Of a DNA stretch of 64,000 bases, positions 25,571-36,951 are shown one piece after another. How positions within the stretch are numbered: the first letter of the stretch is position 1; the number at the start of each line of letters is the position of its first letter. Location: the NCBI RefSeq assembly GCF_002105155.1, contig NW_019028993.1, forward strand, positions 310,001 through 374,000. Direction: 5' to 3'. The notes under the pieces are model-generated. The model was not told the origin of the DNA. It did no database searches and saw only the letters and a list, made by a program, of their open reading frames with translations. The stretch is from Lobosporangium transversale. Its lineage: Eukaryota. The position numbers were made by a program, and so were the translations under genes.

Positions 25571-26039
25571 CCTCACTTCCATAACAGTCTGTGAAAAAAG
25601 TATGATTCCGTAGAGATTGTATTATGATTGCCTTACATTCCTTCGCCATTCTTATTACATTGTTACAATATTATCAATAGGCAAATATAGTATGTCACTT
25701 CAGAATAGCTTCTTAACCAAGATTGCGTATCGAGGGCCTATAATTATTGTATTCATCTTCAAAGGATGCATGAAAAGAACCACGCTATGCTATGGTGGAA
25801 GTCAAATAAAACTCCATGCTGACTTGGTGACCAAAGCATCGAGAGCAAATCGTTTCATTTAGAGATTCATGACCAACTCAAAAGACCCCGGCTCTCAGCC
25901 CCAATACTGTGTCTGTCAAATATTGTTACATTGATGCTGTTGAACTGTCCGCTTAAAAGCCAGAAGAGGGTCCCCAAAAGGCTATATTATACTATAGCCG
26001 AGTAGCCAAGCGAGTGTGCATATCATTGTAAACTACTTT

Positions 26040-26250
26040 TTTTTTATTATCACTTCTTATTATTGGTTTTAATGTCGCTTTATTATCATTTTTTCATTCA
26101 TTTTTCTGATTATCATTTTTATTATCGCTTTTAAACTTCTTTATATTATCACTTTTCATTATCGGTTTCTTTTTACTTACTTTCCCCTATTATCAGCACT
26201 ATTATGACTTTTTGTTCTTCTTTATGATCCAGTGATCCAGTGATCCGGTG
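26040..26250. repeat. Degenerate AT-rich array (TTATTATCAC/GCTTT-like), then (GATCCAGT)x3
   Basis: Multiple attatc cores within T-rich sequence; gatccagt gatccagt gatccggt at 26226-26249. Confidence 0.55.
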
Positions 26251-26515
26251 AATGTATTATGTTGCAAAGCTCTTTGCTATTTATATTAGATCAGATTATT
26301 TTTTCTTTTACAGCAGCTCTCACAACGTACAGCATTGATATTTCTAAGAGACAAAGAGTAGTTCATAATAGTATATGTTTACAATGTTTATTATTCCTAG
26401 CCTCATCTCTTTAGTATCGAGAGTAAGAGGTTCGTGATTTCAATCACTAGCCGACTCGAATTATCCCTGAGGCTAACTTCATTCTATGAGTGGTATCCTT
26501 GCTTGTTCACTCCAT

Positions 26516-27380
26516 TTAAGGCTTGATTGGGGGAATTCTAATATGAATATCGTCGGTGAAAGTGGGGTCCTTTGGCCCATCCGCCTCGGTGATGCTTTGA
26601 GGAGGAATCTTGATATGAGAGTTGGGAATTGGAGGGATCTTGATATGGATGCTATCAGCAGACTCAGCGACTGGAGGGATCCTGATATGGATACTGTCAG
26701 CAGACTCAGCGACTGGAGGGATCTTGATATGGGTGCCGTCAGCAGATTCAGCAACTGGGGGGATCTTGATATGAGAGTTGGGGATTGGAGGGATCTTGAT
26801 ATGGATGCTATCAGCAGACTCAGCGACTGGAGGGATCTTGATATGGATACTGTCAGCAGACTCAGCGACTGGAGGGATCTTGATATGGATACTGTCAGCA
26901 GACTCAGCGACTGGAGGGATCTTGATATGGGTGCCGTCAGCAGATTCAGCAACTGGGGGGATCTTGATATGGGTGCCGTCAGCAGATTCAGCAACTGGGG
27001 GGATCTTGATATGGGAGTTGGGGATTGGAGGAATCTTGATATGGATACTGTCAGCAGATTCAGCGACTGGAGGGATCCTGATATGGATACTGTCAGCAGA
27101 CTCAGCGACTGGAGGGATTTTAATATGGGTGCCGTCGGTGGAGATGGAGTTCTTTGCTCCATCCGACTCGGCGATTGGCATCTTGATTGGGCCAGCTATA
27201 GAGTTAAATAGGACAAGATGGTAATGAGCTGAATGTTTAGCATACCCGAACAGTGTACAAATACAACACACAAACACAAGCATGCACATCCACATGGACA
27301 GGTGTAAAAACCTTACCTTCGGTGGACATAACCAAGGCGGCAACGGTCATGGAAAGGGCGGCAGTGATTGAGAGCTTCAT
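26516..27380 (-). CDS. Secreted tandem-repeat peptide precursor, 247 aa, 15x HI(K/R)IPP; exons 27380-27317 and 27195-26516
   Basis: Signal peptide MKLSITAALSMTVAALVMSTEA completed across a 121-nt GTAAGG..TATAG intron; 744-nt CDS ending TAA; 42-nt and 30-nt repeat units. Confidence 0.85.
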
Positions 27381-27472
27381 GATGTGAAATGGATAGTGGA
27401 GATTTAAGGAGCTATTTACAGTGTTGTAAGGTGCTTGAAGAAGAGAGAAGGAAAAAGAGCAAAAGGGTCTGG

Positions 27473-27479
27473 TTTTATA
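27473..27479 (-). promoter_or_regulatory. TATA box of the repeat-peptide gene
   Basis: TATAAAA on the minus strand ~93 nt upstream of the ATG, followed by a pyrimidine-rich leader. Confidence 0.5.
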
Positions 27480-28038
27480 TGAAAAAATACATGGATGGTG
27501 AAACACTTGGTACACCGAGCTTGACACACCGAGCAACCAATAGCTATCTTCAAGTCAGATACTTTCCTGTTTGGCTATCTATATCTCAGTAACATCAAGG
27601 ACCTGAAACGTAGAAACGTAGAACAGATCGCTTGTACTGACATGACAATGTACTGAGGCTCTGAGTTATGTAATCAGAATGCTTGATCCATATATTTTAT
27701 GACCATTTTAGTTTTATGCTGTGTAACATGTTCCTTCGACAGTCATCAATTGACGTCAAACAGCAATGGTGGAAGGATACGCGTGTGAAACAGGCAAGTC
27801 TTGTCGTCATACAAAATTAATGATCCAAATAAGGTAATCAGAGGATGGGCAACATATGGCTTCATGTAGCTAGGAAGGCATAGTACACATGTAGGATAGT
27901 CGGGATAGTTGAGCAGCAGGGTGTACTCATGTATTGCAAAATTTGTCTTTGAGATACTCAATCAGGCCTAGTTGTTTACACTTTGAAGGCAAGAATCAAT
28001 GTGATGGCATCATAGTCTTTGAGGTTTTTTTACCTCTT

Positions 28039-29079
28039 GGTAACCAAATGGGTTGTTCTCACTTGCACGTACTCTTCAGGGGAACGGTAGTAGCAATAAG
28101 TGTGAACTACTCCTATCCAATTATTACTAAATTAGATTGCTTAGGTTGTTTCGCATGATGAACCCAGTTGAATCAGAGTCACTTAGAAAACTCCTGTTTG
28201 ACTTAGAAATCGTGAAGCTTACCTAAACGAATTGCCCAGTAGAACGGGATTTCAAGGCTCGACTCCATCCTTCTCAATCTAGAGAGATAGAGTTGTGGTC
28301 CTAGGCTCGCAACCAGCCTGGGGCGAAACTGCCGAAGATATAGCAGCGAAATGCTTTTCTCTTAGGCTGGATGCAAATGTTGCTTATTAGCGAGTCAAGC
28401 CTTGTCGGCTGTTTTTTTTTTTTTTTTTTTTTTTTTTTTTGAGGAGGACTTACTACTCTCTGTCTCATAGTCATTCTGGCTTTTCTTTCGCTCTCTCGGA
28501 TTTTTTCTTTTTTTCGTCCTCCCTCCTTCCTTCCAATATTCATTAAGAAAGAATTATAAAATATATTTGGTTTTCGTGTTACTTTGGACGTGAAAGGAGG
28601 AACAGATATCGAGGTTAAAGCGCGAGAACGAAAGAAAAGCCAGAATAACTATGAGACAGAGAGTAGTAAGTCCTCCTCAAAAAAAAAAAAAAAAAAAAAA
28701 AAAAAACAGCCGACAAGGCTTGACTCGCTAATAAGCAACATTTGCATCCAGCCTAAGAGAAAAGCATTTCGCTGCTATATCTTCGGCAGTTTCGCCCCAG
28801 GCTGGTTGCGAGCCTAGGACCACAACTCTATCTCTCTAGATTGAGAAGGATGGAGTCGAGCCTTGAAATCCCGTTCTACTGGGCAATTCGTTTAGGTAAG
28901 CTTCACGATTTCTAAGTCAAACAGGAGTTTTCTAAGTGACTCTGATTCAACTGGGTTCATCATGCGAAACAACCTAAGCAATCTAATTTAGTAATAATTG
29001 GATAGGAGTAGTTCACACTTATTGCTACTACCGTTCCCCTGAAGAGTACGTGCAAGTGAGAACAACCCATTTGGTTACC
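28039..29079. mobile_element. Foldback/MITE-like element with ~452-bp near-perfect terminal inverted repeats
   Basis: Arms 28039-28490 and 28629-29079 are reverse complements (by eye one substitution, T29 vs A28 tract) around a 138-bp spacer; termini GGTAACC..GGTTACC; flanks ACCTCTT / ACCTCGT. Confidence 0.85.
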
Positions 29080-30121
29080 ACCTCGTCTTTGTCTGCCATC
29101 TGCCCCCCTCAACACACCCCTTTTTGACCTTATAGCTGCCGCAAATGACGTAGAGAATGACAAAATCATAATCACTATAGGGAAAGTCGCAACCCCCACT
29201 CAACACTAGAGTCTAGCCTTATTATTAAATAAGGTGGAGAAGCAAGAAGCTCACTCGTAGAACGAAGTCAGCCTTAGAGGTGATGCTAGCTAACTACAGA
29301 AATAACTCAAGTCCGCTGGTGATCAAAATGACGGATTTCTACGCTCGATACGAAAGGCGTTGAAACCAAAAATAAATATTATAGATATTATAAACCATTC
29401 TTTGCTTCGTTAATATTGACAATGCTGTACGTTGTGAGAACTTAAAAAAAAAGAAAAGGAAAGACACCCATCTAGACACTATGTGTGCTTTGGTAATAGG
29501 ATAATGAATAAAAGAAACAAAAGAGAAAGCGAATGTTCATAATCCATGAACCTATGAGCTCGTTATTTTTATATGTGCCAGTTGGGCAAAGTATATTAAG
29601 ATAGGCATGGAAGATTGTACATGGAATGGCACAGTTTTGTTTGCGGTTTATGATTGTCTTTTTTCTTTTTTTTTTTTTTTCTTTTTTTTTTTTTATAAAA
29701 AAAACTGTGGAAGAGAAATAATTCAACGTCACTGTCTTTGTAGATAACTTTTTATCCCTGCGCTCTTACAGAGTCACCGCGCAAAGCTCCTCTCATTTTA
29801 TCATTAGCTATCCTGCCAAGTTCATCCTTAGTTCATGTCCTTAAGAGGCTACGTTTAACGAACGGCCAATTTTTTATCTACTTTGTTATTCAAGCAATGA
29901 GGTCTAGGACTGTAAAACGGGTAAATTTACTCATTTAGCTTTCATCAACTCATGGCTAGGCCAGATCCAGTTTTCCGTGCTTTCTACGAGCAGGAAACAA
30001 CCGGCTACTGGCATCTTATCGACCATATCAAGTCATAATTATGGTGGGTAGAAGCAATGCCGGTGCTCCGACCTACTCGATTTGCATGCTTAGGAAGCTA
30101 ACAAAAAAGACTAAAATAATC

Positions 30122-30183
30122 AACCAGCAAAACTAAGCAGAAAAAAAAACCAGCAAAACTAATCAGAAAAAAACCAGCAAAAG
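30122..30183. repeat. Short tandem repeat, ~2.5 copies of AACCAGCAAAACTAA(G/T)CAGAAAAAA
   Basis: Direct repeats visible in the sequence. Confidence 0.7.
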
Positions 30184-30794
30184 TCATTTATCAAGCCTAT
30201 ACTCATCACGATGCACTACATCCATCTTTAAATAACCTCGGCTCTTCTGGACATCCCTCAACTTTGACCTTGTTCTATCCAGACTAAAGACAAGCAAAAC
30301 ATCAGTGGCTGTCTCTATTATTCTCTACCTCCTTTCCGGCTCCTTTTTCACTAGAGGTATGTTATGAATATTAAAGCGCTGAGTTCTCTCGCTCTATACT
30401 GTGCTTTTCTCGACCTGACTTTCTTATTCTGTCTATCTCTCTCCTCCCATATCGCCTTTAAAGCAGTAAGCAGTACGCATCCACTTTAAAAACCAACTAG
30501 AGCGTGATGGCTTTAGCCAACTCCACAAGCAAATAGTGTTCCCCTGAACAAAAGGTGCTAACTCGCCTACTCGCCGCCTCCTAGCAGGCAGAACATCTCC
30601 TTGTCTACACAGCCAGGTCATCTCTTCGGGCTATCTCTTCTCGGTGTACTCTGGAAGGCGCTTATACTCAAAGAGCGGTACCGCTAGCTGAAGAACGAAG
30701 CCAAAGAAAAGTCGAATGACCCACCATGATAGAAAAATAAACCCTTCCTAACAGAAATGTCATAATGTTAAAAAAATGTCAAAGAATAAAAATC

Positions 30795-30835
<41 letters not shown>

Positions 30836-31798
30836 GAAACAAACACAAACGCGAACGACCAAGATATAAAAAAAAATTGATATAGCAACAGCACATGTAC
30901 ACGAACTCATACTCATACCAACACGAAAGACTATATAATAAAGCAACGATGCATAGCCAAGGTTCGAACGAGCATGCATCGAGTCTGGTTCTTGAATGAG
31001 TCATGTGGTAGTGAAGTCCTTCGGCCGGATGGGTGGAAATAGGCTAAAGGGTGTATGTAAATGTGGGCGTCAACACAACCATGAAACCTGACCTAAAAGA
31101 GCACGACCTGGGCCGGGGCACCTCCACGTGCTGTTTTCCGAATAACATCTTGGTTTTTGATGATAAAGAAATAACACCTCTCAAGGTGACGAAGTATGAC
31201 CTTGCTAGCGGCTTCTCACTTTGATCTTAAAGTCGCTCTAAGACAGTAAGCCATTGGTCTATACTATTTGTCCTAAGCATGTTTGGCATTTTTGAAGGCC
31301 ACGCGTTGTAAGCGCTCTGTTTCCATAATTTTGCTAGGATCGGAGAGGAGGATTTCGCTGTACGCAAAAAAATAAAATAAATAAACAACAGCAACCAGAA
31401 GAAGCTATCATTTTCAGGTACAGTGTACTAATGAAGACAATAAACTTTGTCTAGCCTTTTTTTATTTCTTTTTCTCTCCTCTTCTACCAGTCAAGAAAGA
31501 AACTGATGGGAAGACTTCTGGCGCCATCCCAGATTAAGGTTGTCAAAGGTGAACACATGCTGCGGGAGGAGGACTTGATGTTGCAACTCCGCTCTCTTAA
31601 TTGGAATAGAATATGTGGTATGCTTTCTTCCTTTCCCCTGTCCTCCTTATATTTGCCCTAAACTCAGCCCCATGTCCACTTTTTTTCATCTTTCAACTCC
31701 ATTGAGCTTCTCAATTCCATCTACTCTGCGCATTTCTACTCATTAGTCTACTCACTCCTCTCTCTTTCTTTGCTACTTCTACATCCTCCTTCCCCTTT

Positions 31799-31829
<31 letters not shown>

Positions 31830-31904
31830 GTACAACCGCCTCAATTTTATCGCGTTTATAATACTAATCGATCAATTGGGCTTTATTTTTACCAAAATCG
31901 GTGC

Positions 31905-32933
31905 ATGGGGTACTTTCGGCCCTATTGTGTAGCCTCCAATGGGGAGCGTTTCTACCTCATCAGTCTTCAACCCTTAGATAGCGGCTCAGTTGTACCCAAC
32001 GATGATCCTGCTAGATCTGCCTTTACCCGTCGCATCGTCTTACTTCGGTCCACGTCCTATCCTACTTCATTCGGAACTAACACCTGGACCATTGTTGGTT
32101 CATATCCCCCAAAGAGTACTGCAATAACGACCAATAACTATGATGTGCTCGTTGGAGACTTTGCGTTGGAGATGAGTAACTGTCAAGTGGATGCTAGAGG
32201 CAATTTCATCTGGATTAGCGCTAAATCCGCTGCAAAGGACTCTACCAATCCGTCTCAAACCACCATTGTCACTACTAAACCCATAGGTGTACAATACAGT
32301 CCTGGCGCTGAAGGAGAAAGTTCTCAAGGGACTTGGTCACTCATCTCCACCAGCTCTTTAGATCCTCTAGGAAATTATATATGGAGTAATGAAAGTAAAG
32401 CCAATGCCTTGTTTTCAATGGCACAAGGTGTTTTTGTTCATGCTATAGGCCTGAGCAATGCTGCTGGAATAGCGCTTGGCCTTTTGTCTGGTGATAATCT
32501 CGTACAGTCTAATGTTCATTGGACTCTGGTAAGAGCTAAAAAGTTGCTTGGCCTTGCAAAAACAGTCAATGTTTAATTTGGATAAGCATGAAAACGGTGA
32601 AAGATGCTATTGTGGCTGAGACGTGGGCTTTTGGGCTTTTGTTTTTTTTTTAGGAGGCCTCATTCGGAGTTCCAAAAGCAATAACATTTAGCAATCACAC
32701 GCTCTACGTCTTGGGATCGGACAAGACTTTGAACGCCTTCCCTGTAAACACGACTGCAAACAACGTTACCACGCTGCTGGCGCAGCAACAAGCCATCAAT
32801 TCAACCACCGTCAAGAAAAATTCACTTACTACCTTGTCAGACGAATGCATGAATTCTAGTTCATATAGGCTCTATTCTACCGCGGTAGAAGATAGGCTTT
32901 ATTTCCTCTGCACTGTAAGTGGTTATAAGAAAT

Positions 32934-32967
<34 letters not shown>

Positions 32968-34188
32968 CGTCTGCTAAACGTATTCATTTTACATGGGGAG
33001 TGCTTTTAGGGAGTTATACCAAGCGCAGAATTTCGTGTGTTTTCACTCAGAGGAACAACCCTCTATGGTCCTTTTTGGATAACTCCTCCCAATGTACAGT
33101 CCAATATATCAGCATTCTCTGCAGTCTCTAGCTCGCCAAATTCTATTCCTGGAACTGATTTCTTGATCTTGGCCATGAATGACAATATTTATGGAATGAC
33201 AATAGGACCTAATGGACTAATTTTCGATACGGCGAACTATATCGTTGGCGACTCGGCTTCATTTAGCAATATTACCCAACCGCCCCAACCGACCAAACCG
33301 GACTCCAATACCGATGCTGGAGGTGCTAAAAAGTCCAGCGATGATGTTACTGGAGGTATCGTGGGCAGTGTGGCGCTTGTGTTGATGATAGCAGCTTTCT
33401 TCTTTTGGCGACGTAGATGCCGTAAACGTCCAGCTAAGATCAATGAACTCACTCGGCGATTTAATGGGATAAACTATCAGACTCCGGCATCAGCGCACAC
33501 CTCAAGCGATATAGTTGCACCACCCCTACTTTCATCTCAGCAACCCCTTATGTTCGATTCTATGCCAACAGAAGAACAACACGATCAGGCACAGATTAAG
33601 ATGCAGAGGATGAGGCTTGGTCCTACTCCTGCTGTCGTGGTTGATGCCTCTGAAGGTGTTGCACTACCATTAGCACCTCCCACCACTTCTCTTGTGGGTA
33701 GCATTCCACCTATTACAACTTTAGTTTCACCAGCACCTTTCTTGCTGGACCAGTCACATTTAAAAGAGACATATGTTCATCATCTCGCTCATCAGAATCA
33801 GGATGTCATCCTAGGAGAAGATTCATACTCTCAGCCCCTGTACTCTGAACCACTATCAGAGTCCTCCATCACTGGGTTAATACCACCGTCCTCGAAGACA
33901 TATATGCATGATTCAGAAGACTATAGCTCTGGCTCTGGAATGCGGACATCTAAAGGACCCTTTTACTATAATAATGTTTCGTCGCCGTCGTTGTCATCGA
34001 CATCGCAAGCACATCCGCAATTACAACTAGAACAGCCGCATCTATCTCAAAGGGAAGAGAGGAAGGAACAAAGTGAAAGTGAAGATGAGGAAGCAATGCT
34101 GCACGCACCTCCACCGCCCTATTTAGCGCAGATGACACTGCAATTGAACACGCCCAGTGCTCCATCCTCATTTGATGCTACTCATTGA
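31905..34188 (+). CDS. Single-pass membrane protein, beta-rich ectodomain and disordered tail; 5' end uncertain; exons ..-32528, 32654-32914, 33010-34188
   Basis: In-phase GT/AG introns; TM GGIVGSVALVLMIAAFFFW followed by RRRCRKR; N-glycosylation sequons upstream of the TM; no clear signal peptide found. Confidence 0.7.
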
Positions 34189-34480
34189 AATATACCCTGT
34201 CACTCTTCCATGTCTTAGAATTTATTATTTCACCCCTTATATCAAATAAAAAACAAAAATTGCAACTGAAACCAAAAATGCGCTAGAACCAGCGTGAATT
34301 GTCATTTTCATTTTATGCATTGAGTTCAAGACTTTTTTTTTTTTTTTTTTTTTCCTGATTTGGACCAATTGAAAATATACCTGTAAAAAGAAAAGAGGGT
34401 GAGGAACTGAACGGGGTCGTTAGGCGTTGAACTCTGCTGGTGCGTAAGACAAAACAGTAAAAATGATGTAAGGCTTGTTT

Positions 34481-34511
<31 letters not shown>

Positions 34512-34766
34512 GATCTGGGGTCTTAGAGCTTTTATTCAGTCTAGGTCCCAATATTATGGAGTTATGGATGTGTAGCTCTTGATAGGAAGCTGGGCAGGAT
34601 TATCAAGGATAAATATAAATTCCCTTGCTGGCTCCCCGTTCGTGAATTTTTTTTTTTTTATCATCCTTTACTTTACTTTACCAGCAATTCTTTAAAGCTT
34701 CACTTTTTTTTTTTTTTATTTTTTTTTTATTTTTTTAAAACACAAACATCTTTCTCATATCCGATC

Positions 34767-35063
34767 ATGTCGAACAACGCATCTGACCGTATTGCCAACA
34801 CTGTCAACTCGTACGTCGGAGGAGCTAAGCAAGCGGTTGGTGAGGCCATTGGAAACACTAACCTCGCAGCGTCAGGAGCAGAACAGAGGAGTCAGGCAGA
34901 GGCCCGACAAGCTGCAGCAGATGCCAAGACTCATGCAGAGGGTGTCGGTCACACAGCCCAAGGCAAAATGCAACAGACTATGGGCGCTATGACTGGAAAT
35001 AGATCCATGGAAGCCAAGGGTCACGCGAATGAGGCTCAAGGTGATCTCGAGCGCAAGATCTAA
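34767..35063 (+). CDS. CsbD-like / LEA-type hydrophilin, 98 aa
   Basis: Two internal repeats (GGAKQAVGEAIGN..L.ASG; GKMQQTMGAMTGNRSMEAKG) typical of CsbD-like stress proteins. Confidence 0.85.
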   Translation: MSNNASDRIANTVNSYVGGAKQAVGEAIGNTNLAASGAEQRSQAEARQAAADAKTHAEGVGHTAQGKMQQTMGAMTGNRSMEAKGHANEAQGDLERKI

Positions 35064-35728
35064 ACTAAACTAAGAAAAAAAAAAAAAAAAAAAAAAAAAA
35101 AAGGACTGAAAAGGTCCCTTGAACGAAGATGATGCAAACTATGTGTTGTTTATCCTTTTTGACCATAAAAAAGAAAAAAATAATAAAATCAACCATCATG
35201 AGTAAGAAAAAACCAATATCTAAAGAGAAACTCGTCAATCAGAAGATTTGAGACGTCCAAGTTCCTGTTTGGATTGCAGTTGATTTTATTTTAAAAAGTT
35301 GCATGAAAAATGAAAAAATGGCTCGGACCATAGTGTGTATGCATCATTGTCTAATGTGATTGGCGCTTTGGACATCATTTCCAAGAGATCAATGCTCGTT
35401 GGGCAGAAGTTGGCGGGGAGAACGATTGATCTATTGAGCTTGAGGCGAAAAGAGACGCGTTTAAAGGCTGGTGAAGTGCTGATGATATCACGCTGACCAA
35501 GTGTGAGCTGATATTCCATCTCTGCAGGCCTAGTCATTCGTCGTCGTCATTTGTCGACATTTGATGTTTGTTCACATGGAAATAAGAACAAGAAAAAGGT
35601 ATAAAAGGCCTTACTTTTTTATCATTCTCATCATCAATCAAGCAACTATCACACACACTTGTAAAATACTACACACATCAATACATCTATACAACACACA
35701 CACATACACACACAAAAACCTCTTCAAA

Positions 35729-36022
35729 ATGTCCAACATGGGTGATCGCGCTGCTGGCACTGCCAAATCGTACATGGGAGGAGCCAAGCAGACTGTAGGA
35801 GAGACTCTTGGAGACAACAGCATGGCAGCTTCTGGAGCTGAGCAGAAGGCTCACGGTGAAGCCCAAAGGGCTGGAGCAGAAGCCAAGTCTCATGCCGAAG
35901 GTACAGGCCACAAGCTCGAGGGCAAGGCTCAGAAGGCTATGGGCTCGATGACCGGAGACACTTCTCAACAAGCCAGAGGCCATGGCAACGAGGCCAAGGG
36001 TGACATGGAACGCAGAGTCTAA
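35729..36022 (+). CDS. CsbD-like / LEA-type hydrophilin paralog, 97 aa
   Basis: MSNMGDRAAGTAKSYMGGAKQTVGE... is collinear with the upstream gene; TATAAAA at 35600-35606. Confidence 0.85.
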   Translation: MSNMGDRAAGTAKSYMGGAKQTVGETLGDNSMAASGAEQKAHGEAQRAGAEAKSHAEGTGHKLEGKAQKAMGSMTGDTSQQARGHGNEAKGDMERRV

Positions 36023-36274
36023 GGAGGAAAAAAAAAAAAAAAAAAAAACTCTTATTTGTACATAACTCGACTCCAATGTAAAAAAAAAAAAAAAAAAAAA
36101 AAAAGACTGGAAGAATAGGACACCCAATGCTTTCAGTTTTAAGCCAGCTGACTATGCGTACTACCGTGTAAGTTAGTTGGGAAAAACCAGGTGACGTTGC
36201 GTATCCTGCGTATCGTTAGGTGGTCATTTACCAGTTGATGACGCGTTCATAGCGCGTTATGAGCTGGTTCCAAT

Positions 36275-36305
<31 letters not shown>

Positions 36306-36951
36306 TCAAAAATGATGTTCACTTGGCCATAAAAGTGGCGCTTATAATCCCATTCCCATGGCAGATAGCCGTGGCGTGCGTTTTCTGCTCATGGTCTATA
36401 GTAACCTAGGCTTTTTTTTTTTTTTTAAAAAACATACACTTTGTTTTATTTAATCAATGTGTTTTTAATTTGGGTTGCAAAGATTAGTCATCAAATACAA
36501 AAAAAAGGTGGACAGGTGGAATGCCAATCCAATTTCACCGATGGGCCCTGAATAAATAATAAAATCAATAAAAGGGCATTGCATTGCCCACTTCTAGACT
36601 TGAAAAAAGGTCCAAGACCCAGGGCGATAACATGAATGTAGTCTGCAATTAGATAAACAAATAAACAAATAAAAAAAAGCTAATTCAGACGAAGTTCTGT
36701 GCCTATTCTTTTCCCTCTTTTCACGCACTCCCATCATCTCTTTTCTTGAATCCATTTCATTTCGTTTCAATTCATTACATTTCGTTTCGTTTCATTTTAA
36801 TTCCTTCACTCTCCTCCCTCCAAAGAAGTCAACCTCATTTCTCTTTTTTTATTTATTTTTTATTCCCTTTTCTCACTTCTCACAGTCCACAACAAGAAAC
36901 AGATAAAAACTTTCCTTCCTCCCCATTTGTGGACAAAGAAAAGAGAAATTA

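Larger units (their letters stand above)
26311..29442. mobile_element. Putative old non-autonomous DNA transposon (or two inverted MITE ends) enclosing the repeat-peptide gene
   Basis: Perfect 20-bp inverted match 26318-26337 / 29420-29439 plus a 16/19 match 26352-26370 / 29386-29404 at conserved spacing; TA at 26309-26310 and 29443-29444. Confidence 0.5.

Noticed and set aside
26525..27138. CRISPR-like appearance of the array
   Set aside because: Spacers are themselves repeated and in frame, there are no cas genes, and the context is eukaryotic.
26479..27224. Overlapping ORFs in other frames and on the + strand across the repeat array
   Set aside because: Shadows of a 42/30-nt repeat; only the HIKIPP frame links to a signal-peptide exon, canonical intron and TATA box.
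27934..29199. Pairs of identical short ORFs (QPTRLDSL..., NQMGCSHL...) on opposite strands
   Set aside because: Consequence of the foldback arms; they run through poly-A and show no protein-like signal.
30380..30730. GC-richer coding-like segment on the minus strand
   Set aside because: Multiple stops and no recognisable motif.
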